A stretch of DNA of 32,000 nucleotides from Geotalea uraniireducens Rf4. GTDB taxonomy: Bacteria; Desulfobacterota; Desulfuromonadia; Geobacterales; Geobacteraceae. The position numbers were made by a program, and so were the translations under genes. The notes beneath the pieces were generated by a model. That model saw only the letters and a list, made by a program, of their open reading frames with translations, was not told the origin of the DNA and searched no databases. Positions 22,772-31,370 of this stretch are shown one piece after another. Each line of letters opens with the position of its first letter. Within the stretch, counting starts at the first letter, position 1. Location: assembly GCF_000016745.1 (NCBI RefSeq), contig NC_009483.1, positions 1,890,001 through 1,922,000 of the forward strand, read 5' to 3'.

Positions 22772-24397
22772 CTACAGTCCCAACTGTTTGAAGAAGTCAT
22801 TCCCCTTATCATCCACCAGGATGAACGCCGGGAAGTTCTCCACTTCGATCTTCCATACCGCTTCCATCCCCAGTTCGGGGAAGTCGAGGCACTCGACCTT
22901 CTTGATGTTCTCTTCGGCAAGAACAGCTGCCGGACCGCCGATGGAGCCCAAGTAGAAGCCGCCGTATTTCTTGCAGGCGTCGGTCACCTGCTGGCTGCGG
23001 TTCCCCTTGGCAATCATCACCAAGGAGCCGCCGTGTGACTGTAGCAGGTCGACGTAGCTGTCCATGCGCCCGGCGGTAGTGGGGCCGAAGGAGCCGGAAG
23101 CTTTGCCTGCCGGGGTTTTGGCCGGGCCGGCATAGTAGATCGGATGCTTCAGGAGGTAGTCGGGGAGCGGCTTGCCGCTGTCGAGGATTTCCTTGAATTT
23201 GGCGTGGGCGATATCGCGGCCGACGATGATAGTGCCGTTGAGGAGGAGCGGGGTGGAGACCGGGTGCTTGGTCAGCTCGGCCAGGATTTCCTTCATCGGC
23301 TTGTTCAGGTCGATCTTGACGCCGTGCTCATGCTTGCCCCGGTACTGCTCGGGGATGAGGCGGCCCGGATTTCTGTCCATCTCCTCGACGAACAGGCCGT
23401 CCCTGGTGATCTTTGCCTTGATGTTCCGGTCTGCGGAGCAGGATACTGCCATGCCGACAGGGCAGGAAGCGCCGTGGCGGGGGAGGCGGATGACGCGGAC
23501 GTCGTGGGCGAAGTACTTGCCGCCGAACTGGGCGCCGATGCCGAGCTTGTAGGCGGCCTGGAGGAGTTTCTCTTCCAGCTCGACGTCGCGGAAGGCCTGA
23601 CCGTGCTCGTTCCCTTTGGTGGGGAGTCCGTCCAGCTCTTTTGCGGTGGCGAGCTTGACCGCCTTCATGCAGGCGTCGGCGCTGGTGCCGCCGATGACGA
23701 AGGCGATGTGGTACGGAGGGCAGGCGGCGGTGCCCAGGTACTTCATCTTTTCGATGAGGTATTTCTCCAGTTTATCCGGCGTCAAGAGCGCCTTGGTTTC
23801 CTGGTAGAGCATGGTCTTGTTGGCGGAGCCGCCACCCTTGGCCATGAAGAGGAGCTTGTAGTAGTCGCCGTCGGTGGCCATGATATCGATCTGCGCCGGC
23901 AGGTTGGTGCCGGTGTTGATCTCCTCGTACATGTCGAGTGCCACGGTCTGGGAGTAGCGGAGGTTCTCTTCGGTGTAGGTCTTGTAGACTCCCTTGGAGA
24001 GGTATTCTTCGTCCTTGACTCCGGTCCATATCTGCTGCCCCTTCTTTGCCAGGATGGTGGCGGTGCCGGTGTCCTGGCAGATGGGGAGCTCGAATCGGGC
24101 GGCGATCTCGGCGTTTCTCAGGAAGGCAAGCGCAACACCCTTGTCGTTCTGCGATGCTTCCGGGTCCCGGAGTATCTTGGCCACTTGCTCGTTGTGGGCG
24201 GGGCGGAGCAGAAAGGAGACGTCGCGCATCGATTCGTTGGCGAGGATGGTGAGCGCCTCGGGGCTGACCCGCACCACATCTTTGCCGGCGAACTGGTTGA
24301 CTTCGACGTATTTTTCCGAACCTTCGATCTTGCGGTACTTGGTCTCGTCCTTTGCGATTGGAAACGGGTCCTGATAGTGGAATTCTTTTACTGCCAT
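22772..24397 (-). CDS. Class I (Fe-S dependent) fumarate hydratase, fused alpha/beta type
   Basis: ATG 24397 follows AGGAGAAG. The 541-aa product has an N-terminal lyase domain ([15 protein letters not shown]) and a C-terminal domain ([26 protein letters not shown]) typical of the fumarate/tartrate Fe-S hydro-lyase family. Confidence 0.88.
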   Translation of the reverse strand: MAVKEFHYQDPFPIAKDETKYRKIEGSEKYVEVNQFAGKDVVRVSPEALTILANESMRDVSFLLRPAHNEQVAKILRDPEASQNDKGVALAFLRNAEIAARFELPICQDTGTATILAKKGQQIWTGVKDEEYLSKGVYKTYTEENLRYSQTVALDMYEEINTGTNLPAQIDIMATDGDYYKLLFMAKGGGSANKTMLYQETKALLTPDKLEKYLIEKMKYLGTAACPPYHIAFVIGGTSADACMKAVKLATAKELDGLPTKGNEHGQAFRDVELEEKLLQAAYKLGIGAQFGGKYFAHDVRVIRLPRHGASCPVGMAVSCSADRNIKAKITRDGLFVEEMDRNPGRLIPEQYRGKHEHGVKIDLNKPMKEILAELTKHPVSTPLLLNGTIIVGRDIAHAKFKEILDSGKPLPDYLLKHPIYYAGPAKTPAGKASGSFGPTTAGRMDSYVDLLQSHGGSLVMIAKGNRSQQVTDACKKYGGFYLGSIGGPAAVLAEENIKKVECLDFPELGMEAVWKIEVENFPAFILVDDKGNDFFKQLGL

Positions 24398-24770
24398 TGG
24401 TTCTTCTCCTTTCGGTTGGAATAAATTCGGGGAAATAGGGCAGGATCGAGGATGGGAATAAGTCTTTGGACTTCTCTCGAACCTCGCGCCTGGCACCCAG
24501 AGCCTTTTTTGTATACAGTATGCCGTGGAATATATTGCAAAAAGTTCATTTTGTCGAGAAGGAAGTTTTATGTTGGAAGAAAAGCTCCGCTGCCGGTATT
24601 ACCGGATACTTACGGGAAATAACCGGAGATGGTTGACGATCACTTTTATGGGGGTAGAATTAAATCAAATTAATACTTCGAGCAGATTCCCCGCTTTATA
24701 CAACCATGCCTGCGGGACTGCGCCCCTGCCGTGCTGATCGAGTCCAGGGCGGTAGCCCAAGGAGAGACTT

Positions 24771-26075
24771 TTGACACAGCAAGGCAGCAAAAGACAGTGT
24801 ACAGATATGAGCAGCCGCACCGGATATTCTGCAAATCCGGATCGTGGCGGTTTCTCGATGCTGTTGAGCGGTATCAATGCCGTCAACCGGTTCCTCCAGA
24901 ATAACGGCCATGAGTTTGTAAGACTGGATCAAACCGCCCTCCTCGAAAAGAGCTGCAAGCGGACAGGTCTTGATGACTTTGGTGACGAGTCGTTTCGTCA
25001 ACCTCTCGGCATTCTTCTGCAGTCCTTTGAATCTGACGCGGATCTGAACCTTGTCGGCCGTATCAGTGCGAAGTCCGAGATCGTACGTATGCTCTGCAAT
25101 CGGCTCCGCATGGTAAACGACTGCAAGCGCAACCCGGAAATTCGTGATGAAGTGGTCCGCCGTCCGCTCTTCATCACGGGACTTCCACGAAGCGGCACGA
25201 CCTTTCTTCATGCGCTTTTGGCGCAAGATCCCGCTTGTCGTTCCCCCCAGGTCTGGGAGGTGATGCACCCGTCGCCGCCGCCCGAGACCGCCTCATACCA
25301 TGTTGATCCGCGCATTGTCGAAACCGAAAAAGAGCTGAAGTGGCTCGATATCCTGATGCCCGATTTCAAGCGGGTCCACCTGATCCATGCGCGCTATCCG
25401 CAGGAATGTATTGCCATTACCGGTCATGCCTTCATGAGCTATGTCTTCGAAACCATGTATCAAGTCTCTTCCTATCGCATCTGGCACGACAAAAGCGACA
25501 AACGGCCTGTCTATGAATTTCACCGGCAGTTCCTGCAGCATTTGCAATGGCGCTGCCCGGGCACGCATTGGGTGCTCAAGGCGCCGAGCCACCTCATGGC
25601 GCTGGAGTCGCTTCTGCATGTTTATCCCGATGCGGAGATCGTCGTGACCCATCGCGATCCGCTCAAAGTGCTCCCCTCGTGCGCCAGTTTTACGAAAGTT
25701 CTGCGCGAGCCATTCACCAACCGGCTCGATAAGGAACAAATCGGCAACGAGGTAAGCAGCCGCTGGGAGGGGAGCGCCTGGCAGGCCTTGCACTTCCGCC
25801 AGGTTAACCAAGGGATGGGAGGTCACTTTTGCGATGTGCAGTATGCGGAGCTGGAGAGAGACCCCATGTCGGTCGTTCGGGGGATTTACCGGCATTTCGG
25901 CCGCGAGCTTACCGATAAGGCAGAGCTTGCCATGCGGCGTTTCGTGGCGGAAAATCCGAAAGATAAAAATGGTGTGCACCGCTATTCCCTGGAGGAATTC
26001 GGTCTGGATCGCGTGACGGAAAAGCGTCGCTTTCAGTTTTATATGGATTATTTCGGGATTCCTCCCGAACTGTGA
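24771..26075 (+). CDS. Sulfotransferase-family protein
   Basis: PLFITGLPRSGTTFLHALL is the PAPS 5'-phosphosulfate-binding loop. WVLKAPSH and the RDP region fit the Sulfotransfer_3-like family. TTG 24771 lies 6 nt after AAGGAG; ATG 24807 is an alternative start without an SD. Confidence 0.75.
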   Translation: MTQQGSKRQCTDMSSRTGYSANPDRGGFSMLLSGINAVNRFLQNNGHEFVRLDQTALLEKSCKRTGLDDFGDESFRQPLGILLQSFESDADLNLVGRISAKSEIVRMLCNRLRMVNDCKRNPEIRDEVVRRPLFITGLPRSGTTFLHALLAQDPACRSPQVWEVMHPSPPPETASYHVDPRIVETEKELKWLDILMPDFKRVHLIHARYPQECIAITGHAFMSYVFETMYQVSSYRIWHDKSDKRPVYEFHRQFLQHLQWRCPGTHWVLKAPSHLMALESLLHVYPDAEIVVTHRDPLKVLPSCASFTKVLREPFTNRLDKEQIGNEVSSRWEGSAWQALHFRQVNQGMGGHFCDVQYAELERDPMSVVRGIYRHFGRELTDKAELAMRRFVAENPKDKNGVHRYSLEEFGLDRVTEKRRFQFYMDYFGIPPEL

Positions 26076-26136
26076 ACCACTATTTTTGTGGAATCGAAAT
26101 TACTCGACCCAGCCGTTGTTTTGCTGATGCTGGACG

Positions 26137-27114
26137 ATGGAGTCTGTGAGGCCGATGCGACGCCTAACCTATATCCTCCTGGCCATAGCCTCGCTCTTTC
26201 TTTACGGGATGTTGAAGCAGGTCGGTTGGTCAAACCTGGACCACTGTTTTCGGCAGGTGGGTTATTACGGGCTCCTGCTGCTCGTGCCGTACGGGTTCGT
26301 AAATTATCTGGCGACCCTTTCCTGGAAGTTCGTCCTGGTCAACAAGGAGGCAAGCCCTTCTTTGAGCCGACTCTTCTTTCTCCGCCTGGCCGGGGAGTCT
26401 CTCAATCAGCTTACACCGACCGCTTCACTGGGGGGGGAGCCCTTTAAGGCCCTCCGGCTCCAGGCCGGCGGCGTCCCATGGCAAGAAGCGACCGCGTCCC
26501 TGGTCATTCACAAGGGCTTGATGGTCCTGAGCCTCGTCCTTTACATCTTTTTGAGCCTTGCCCTTGTACCTTTCGTTCTGCCGTTCAATTCGTCTTACCT
26601 GGGAGCCCTCACTGTGGGCGCCCTTCTCCTCGGGGGGGGAGGTGTGGCCTTCGTCATCATCCAGCACCGCAACCCTTGCACCATGGGGATTCGCCTCGCT
26701 GAAAAATGGGGGCTCTGTCCGGCATTCCTCAAGGCCAAAGAAGCGGAACTCGCCACCCTCGATTCCTTTCTGGCCGGCTTTTATCGCGAACATCCCGGCC
26801 GCGGCTTTTTGGCCTTTATCTTATTCTTCTTGAGCTGGGTGCTGCAATCGGTGGAGGTCTATCTTATTTTCTGGCTGCTGGGGCACTCCGTCAGCTGGGG
26901 GCTGGCTCTCTGTCTGGACGCCCTGGCGATGCTCTTTGTCGGTCTCGGTTTCATGATCCCCGCACAACTGGGGGTGCAGGACGGGGGCAATATCCTGCTC
27001 TCGCTCGGATTCAACCTGGGCGCGACCCTCGGCGCCGCCTTCAGCATCATGCGGCGCATCAGGGAAGCGTTCTGGCTGTTCCTCGGGCTTTTGGTGGTGG
27101 CCCGGGAGAAGTGA
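26137..27114 (+). CDS. Flippase-like / lysylphosphatidylglycerol-synthase-TM-region family membrane protein (UPF0104)
   Basis: About 8 TM segments. FFLRLAGESLNQLTPTASLGGEPFKALRL resembles the conserved loop of the LPG_synthase_TM family. The start is uncertain (ATG 26137 or 26155). Confidence 0.65.
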   Translation: MESVRPMRRLTYILLAIASLFLYGMLKQVGWSNLDHCFRQVGYYGLLLLVPYGFVNYLATLSWKFVLVNKEASPSLSRLFFLRLAGESLNQLTPTASLGGEPFKALRLQAGGVPWQEATASLVIHKGLMVLSLVLYIFLSLALVPFVLPFNSSYLGALTVGALLLGGGGVAFVIIQHRNPCTMGIRLAEKWGLCPAFLKAKEAELATLDSFLAGFYREHPGRGFLAFILFFLSWVLQSVEVYLIFWLLGHSVSWGLALCLDALAMLFVGLGFMIPAQLGVQDGGNILLSLGFNLGATLGAAFSIMRRIREAFWLFLGLLVVAREK

Positions 27115-27165
27115 TGCCGGCATGCCGGGTCATGCTTCGGGACACCCGGCCGTGAGGGGGAGGGG

Positions 27166-28083
27166 ATGGCTGATCCTGAATTGCAGGTGGTGACGGGGGC
27201 TTCAGGTTTCACCGGTAAGTACATTACGGCACGCCTGCTCGCACAGGGGAAGAAGGTCAAGACCATTACCGGCCATCCCCACCGTCAGCACCCGTTCGGC
27301 GACCGGCTGAGTGTCGCCCCGTTCAACTTCGACGACCCTTCCGCCCTGATCAGAAGCCTCGAAGGGGCGACCACCCTGTACAATACCTATTGGGTGCGCT
27401 TCCCTTACGGGGACGTCACCTTCGAGAAGGCCGTCGAGAACAGCAGGACCCTCATCAGGGCGGCCGAAGAGGCGGGGATCAGGAGGATTGTCCACATCAG
27501 CATCGCCAATGCCGACGAGGGCTCCCCCTTTCCCTACTATAAGGCAAAGGCTGTGGTGGAACGGCTGATCGCGGGCTCCCGGCTCTCTTACGCCGTCATC
27601 AGGCCGACGGTGCTCTTCGGCACGGAAGGTATCCTTATCAACAACATTGCCTGGCTTTTGAAGAAGTTTCCGCTGTTTGCCGTTCCAGGGTCGGGTGATT
27701 ACCGTCTGCAGCCGGTCTATGTGGATGATGTGGCGGAGCTGGCTGTCAACGCAGCTTCAGAAGGGTCCAACCTGGTGATGGATGCAGGCGGTCCCGAAAC
27801 CTTCACCTACGATGAACTTGTCCGGCTCATCGCCGCAAAGATCGGCAGCCGTGCCCGGATCGTTCACCTGAACCCGGCGGTTGCGCTTCAAGCCTCCCGC
27901 CTCGTGGGAAAGATGGTTGACGATGCGCTTTTGACCCGGGATGAACTGGATGGGCTAATGGCCGGTTTGCTGGTCGCCAAAGGCCCGCCGGCTGGGAAGA
28001 CGCGCCTGAGCCAGTGGCTGGCGGAAAATGCGGCCACGTTGGGAACAGCCTACGCCTCGGAAATCGAGCGGCACTATCGCTGA
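27166..28083 (+). CDS. NAD(P)-binding SDR-family epimerase/dehydratase-like protein
   Basis: VTGASGFTGKYITARLL is a Rossmann GxxGxxG motif. YYKAKAVVE resembles the YxxxK catalytic motif. SD GGGGGAGGGG. Confidence 0.8.
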   Translation: MADPELQVVTGASGFTGKYITARLLAQGKKVKTITGHPHRQHPFGDRLSVAPFNFDDPSALIRSLEGATTLYNTYWVRFPYGDVTFEKAVENSRTLIRAAEEAGIRRIVHISIANADEGSPFPYYKAKAVVERLIAGSRLSYAVIRPTVLFGTEGILINNIAWLLKKFPLFAVPGSGDYRLQPVYVDDVAELAVNAASEGSNLVMDAGGPETFTYDELVRLIAAKIGSRARIVHLNPAVALQASRLVGKMVDDALLTRDELDGLMAGLLVAKGPPAGKTRLSQWLAENAATLGTAYASEIERHYR

Positions 28084-28177
28084 GCGATGCTCTGACCCCC
28101 TTCAACTGCCGGATCCAGCTTGAATAAGGATGACAGCCAATCAGCAATGTCCGGCTAGATTCTTGCAGCCTGCGCAT

Positions 28178-28284
28178 CCCCCCCTCTCCCTGGCCCTCTC
28201 CTTTAGGCCCGCAATTTGGGTCCACCAAGGGAGAGGGGATTTTAAGCCCCCCTCCCTTCGATGGGAGGGGCCGGGGGAGGGAGC
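28178..28284. repeat. Pyrimidine/purine-arm hairpin repeat locus (related in architecture to 16213 and 30547)
   Basis: CCCCTCTCCCTGG...CCAAGGGAGAGGGG (28181-28238) and CCCCTCCC-TTCGAT-GGGAGGGG (28249-28270). Confidence 0.7.
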
Positions 28285-28401
28285 AAGGCAGTGGTTTTAA
28301 GCTCAGACGCACGATGCAATTTTCTAACCGGACAGTGCTGCCTGCAAATAACGATTTGTTTGAGGGAACCCATAGGTCACCTCAATTTTTTTAAGCTTTT
28401 T

Positions 28402-28466
28402 GTGAGCATGCTCACTTTTTTGTTGCACGGCTTTTCGTTTTTGATTATTGTGAGCGCAGTCACAAT
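28402..28466. promoter_or_regulatory. Promoter/operator region of the TetR-UbiB operon: two palindromes bracketing TTGCAC-N17-TATTGT
   Basis: GTGAGCATGCTCAC (28402-28415, perfect 14-bp palindrome). TTGCAC 28423-28428. TATTGT 28446-28451. ATTGTGA-GCGCAG-TCACAAT (28447-28466). Both palindromes share the TGTGAGC half-site. Confidence 0.5.
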
Positions 28467-28479
28467 ATGGGAGTACTTC

Positions 28480-29103
28480 ATGCGCATCAGCGAACAGGCC
28501 AAGCAGGAAACACGGGTCCGCATCCTGGAAAAGGCCGCGGAGCTTTTCATCGACAAGGGGTTCGAGGACAGCACCACCCGGGACATTGCTCTGGCTGCCG
28601 GGTTGGCCGCCGGCACCATGTTCAACTATTTCCCGAGCAAGGAAACCATGGCGATGACCATGGTTAACGAAGCGTTTCGCCAGGGGATGGAGGATTTTCA
28701 ACGCCGCCGCACCGGCGAGGAGGACCTGACCGAAGAGCTCTTTCTGTTCATCGCCTCGGGGCTGCGGCGGCTGCAACCGTTGCGCCCGTTTCTCGGCCCG
28801 GTTCTGGAGCGCTCCTTGAGCCCTTTCCCCCGAAAGACCGTCTGCCAGGAGGGTGAAGCGGCCCGAGCGGGACATCTGGACGCCGTGCAGGAGATCATCG
28901 TCCGACACGGCTTTACTGAGGCCCCCGATTATGTTGCCATGAACATGTACTGGTCGCTCTATCTCGGCATCCTTGCCTATTGGACCAACGATCCATCCCC
29001 CAACCAGGAAGAGACCCGGGCCTTGATCGATTATTCCCTGCGCTTCTTCGTGCAGGTGATTTCCGGCGTCTGGTCGGACAAAGGAGAAACGCATGCAGGC
29101 TGA
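28480..29103 (+). CDS. TetR/AcrR-family transcriptional regulator
   Basis: ATG 28480 follows GGGAG. ILEKAAELFIDKGFEDSTTRDIALAAGLAAGTMFNYFPSKE is the TetR HTH. The upstream ORF extension is translation of the repeat locus. Confidence 0.88.
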   Translation: MRISEQAKQETRVRILEKAAELFIDKGFEDSTTRDIALAAGLAAGTMFNYFPSKETMAMTMVNEAFRQGMEDFQRRRTGEEDLTEELFLFIASGLRRLQPLRPFLGPVLERSLSPFPRKTVCQEGEAARAGHLDAVQEIIVRHGFTEAPDYVAMNMYWSLYLGILAYWTNDPSPNQEETRALIDYSLRFFVQVISGVWSDKGETHAG

Positions 29104-30550
29104 GGAAGGGAAGACGACGGAATCACTCCAGATGGAAATGCTGCTCGACGCCCTCCCCAAGGAGAGCGCCACGGACCCAACCGGTCAGCGGCTGGCAAAG
29201 CTGATCACCCGTATTTCCAACAAAAGGGTGCCGGTGAGCTCCTTTTCCAGGATATGGACACTGGGCTCTCTCAATGCCAGGGTAACCGCCGGTTATTTTG
29301 CCTATTGGCTGCGCAGCCGTTTTAGCGACGCGGACAAAAAGCAGCGGCTTAAAAGCGAAGCCCACCTGGCTGCAGCGCTGAAACTGTTCGGCACTATGGG
29401 ATATTTGAGGGGCGCCGTGATGAAGATCGGCCAGATGCTGGCCAATCTCCCCGATGTGGTGCCCGAGGAGTTCGCCGAAGTGCTCTCAGCGCTGCACTTC
29501 GAGGCCCCTCCCATGCACTTCGCGATGGTGCGCGAGGTCTTTCTCGACGAGTTCGGCCGTGAGCCGGAGGAGATATTCGCTTCTTTTGATCGGCAGGCCT
29601 TTGCCGCCGCCTCGCTGGGACAGGTGCACCGCGCCCGGCTTAAGAGCGGCGAGGAAGTCGCCGTAAAAATCCAGTACCCCGGCATCGCCCGGACCATAAA
29701 GGCCGATCTGCGCAATCTCCGCCTCCTGCTCCAGCCGCTCTGTCTGACCACGGACTGGCAGAATACGCTCGACAAGCTGGCCGACATCGAGCAGATGCTG
29801 CTCATGGAAACGGACTATGAACAGGAGGCCAGTTTCGGCAAGGAGGCCCGGCTTCTTTTTACCGCTGCCGACCGGGTGGTGGTGCCGCAGGTCTTTGACG
29901 ACTATTGCACCAAACGGGTGCTGACCACCGAGTACCTGGCCGGCTGTCACCTTGACGAATACCTGGCAGGAAATCCGACCCAGGAAGATCGGGACCACTT
30001 CACCAACCTGCTGACAGTTGGCACTTTTCGGATTTATTACCGGCTGCACTGGTTTCTTGCTGATCCCCACCCCGGCAACTTTATCTTCATGGAGGACGGC
30101 CGGCTCGGAATGATCGACTTCGGCTGCACCCGGGCCATGACCGATGAGGAATGGCTTTTGATCTGCGAGTTGGAGAGGGCGACACTGGAACGGGACGAGG
30201 CCCGTTTTAACCGGGCCACTGCCAAGGCCTGCCTTTTTGACGGCCCGGAGGAGATGGAGCCGGAGCGATTGGAGATCGTCCGGCGCGGGGTGTACTGGAA
30301 CATGGAACCTTGGCTGAAAGAGGGGCGGCTATTCGATTTCGGCGACCGGGAATTCTTCATGCGTGGCGTCGATAGTCTCATGGAGATGACCCGCAAGCGT
30401 TACACCCGCGGCTCCCCTTTGTACCTTTGGTCCAATCGCTTCGTTTTCGGGGGGAGGGCTATCTGTTACCGGATGAAGGGACGCTGCGAGTTCAGAAAAA
30501 TCCATCAGCAGGAGTCTGCCTGGGTCCGCCAGGATCCGGCGCGAAGCTAA
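29093..30550 (+). CDS. ABC1/UbiB-family atypical protein kinase (AarF domain)
   Basis: FAAASLGQVHRARLKSGEEVAVKIQYPGI and ADPHPGNFIF...GRLGMIDFG are ABC1/UbiB signatures. Overlaps the TetR gene by 11 nt. Confidence 0.88.
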   Translation: MQAEEGKTTESLQMEMLLDALPKESATDPTGQRLAKLITRISNKRVPVSSFSRIWTLGSLNARVTAGYFAYWLRSRFSDADKKQRLKSEAHLAAALKLFGTMGYLRGAVMKIGQMLANLPDVVPEEFAEVLSALHFEAPPMHFAMVREVFLDEFGREPEEIFASFDRQAFAAASLGQVHRARLKSGEEVAVKIQYPGIARTIKADLRNLRLLLQPLCLTTDWQNTLDKLADIEQMLLMETDYEQEASFGKEARLLFTAADRVVVPQVFDDYCTKRVLTTEYLAGCHLDEYLAGNPTQEDRDHFTNLLTVGTFRIYYRLHWFLADPHPGNFIFMEDGRLGMIDFGCTRAMTDEEWLLICELERATLERDEARFNRATAKACLFDGPEEMEPERLEIVRRGVYWNMEPWLKEGRLFDFGDREFFMRGVDSLMEMTRKRYTRGSPLYLWSNRFVFGGRAICYRMKGRCEFRKIHQQESAWVRQDPARS

Positions 30551-30652
30551 CTCCCCCTAGCCCCCTCTTAGCTTAAGAGGGGGAACATAGACCATGCATT
30601 TTAGGCCTTTTTCTCCTCCCCTTGGGCTAAGGGGAGGCTGGGAGGGGTTAGC
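30547..30652 (-). repeat. ~106-bp structured repeat element (family copy 2, inverted relative to 16213..16315)
   Basis: Its reverse complement shares these modules with copy 1: GCTAACCCCTCC, CCTCCCCTTA..AAGGGGAGG, CCCCCTCTTAAG.TAAGAGGGGG, GGGGGAGTTAG. The central ~30 nt differ. It overlaps the UbiB stop codon (30548-30550). Confidence 0.85.
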
Positions 30653-30680
30653 GATTCGACCGCAAAGGAGATCACTTACG

Positions 30681-31370
30681 ATGCTGAAACTCTGCGATGT
30701 AATCAAGACCTACGACGGGAAGTCCGAGGTAACAGCCCTGACAGGGATAAACCTGACCATCGGGATTGGCGAGATGGTGGCGATCATGGGACCCTCCGGC
30801 TCCGGCAAGTCGACGCTCTTGAACCTCCTAGGGGGGCTCGACGTCCCCACCTCCGGGCAGGTGGTGGTGGCGGGGAAGGACCTGGCCAAGGAGAACGAGA
30901 AGGAGCGTTCCCTCTTTCGCCGCTCCAAGGTCTCCTACATCTTCCAGGCCTACCACCTGATGCCGACCTTGAAGGTGAGTCAGAACGTGGCCCTGCCGCT
31001 GCACCTGGCAGGCGTCCCAGCCGGGGAGATCACCCGGAAGGTCGCCCAGGTCCTCCGGGAGGTCGGACTTGAGGGGAGGGTAAACCATCTTCCCGACGCA
31101 CTCTCCGGGGGGGAGCGCCAGAGAGTCGCAATAGCCCGTGCCTTGGTCACCGGCGCGCCGCTGCTGCTGGCCGACGAGCCGACCGGCAATCTTGACACGG
31201 CCCGGGGAGAGGAGATCCTGAACCTGCTCCGCTCCATCCACCGGGAGCACGGAACCACCATCGTCATGGTCACCCACGACAACCATGCCGCCTCTGCTTG
31301 CGAAAGGCTGATCAAGCTCCGGGACGGAAGGGTGGAAGGGGATAGCTACGTGGCCGGAGGTGGCAGATGA
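30681..31370 (+). CDS. ABC transporter ATP-binding protein (MacB/LolD/FtsE-like)
   Basis: ATG 30681 follows AAGGAG. Walker A GPSGSGKST, signature LSGGERQRVAIARAL, Walker B LLLADEPTGNLD. Confidence 0.9.
   Translation: MLKLCDVIKTYDGKSEVTALTGINLTIGIGEMVAIMGPSGSGKSTLLNLLGGLDVPTSGQVVVAGKDLAKENEKERSLFRRSKVSYIFQAYHLMPTLKVSQNVALPLHLAGVPAGEITRKVAQVLREVGLEGRVNHLPDALSGGERQRVAIARALVTGAPLLLADEPTGNLDTARGEEILNLLRSIHREHGTTIVMVTHDNHAASACERLIKLRDGRVEGDSYVAGGGR

Noticed and set aside
23144-24424. 426-aa + strand ORF opposite the fumarase gene
   Set aside because: Antisense shadow with G/V/L/A/D-rich low information. The fumarase frame has family motifs, an SD and a terminator.
25293-25979. 228-aa minus-strand ORF (also 24696..25268) opposite the sulfotransferase gene
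   Set aside because: Antisense shadows. The + frame carries the PAPS-binding loop.
28261-28479. N-terminal extension of the TetR ORF (MGGAGGGSK...)
   Set aside because: It is translation of the hairpin-repeat locus and the A/T-rich promoter. An SD plus ATG at 28480 coincides with the start of the TetR HTH domain.
28324-29172. 282-aa minus-strand ORF opposite TetR (also 29486..30070 opposite the UbiB gene)
   Set aside because: Antisense shadows of genes with clear family signatures.
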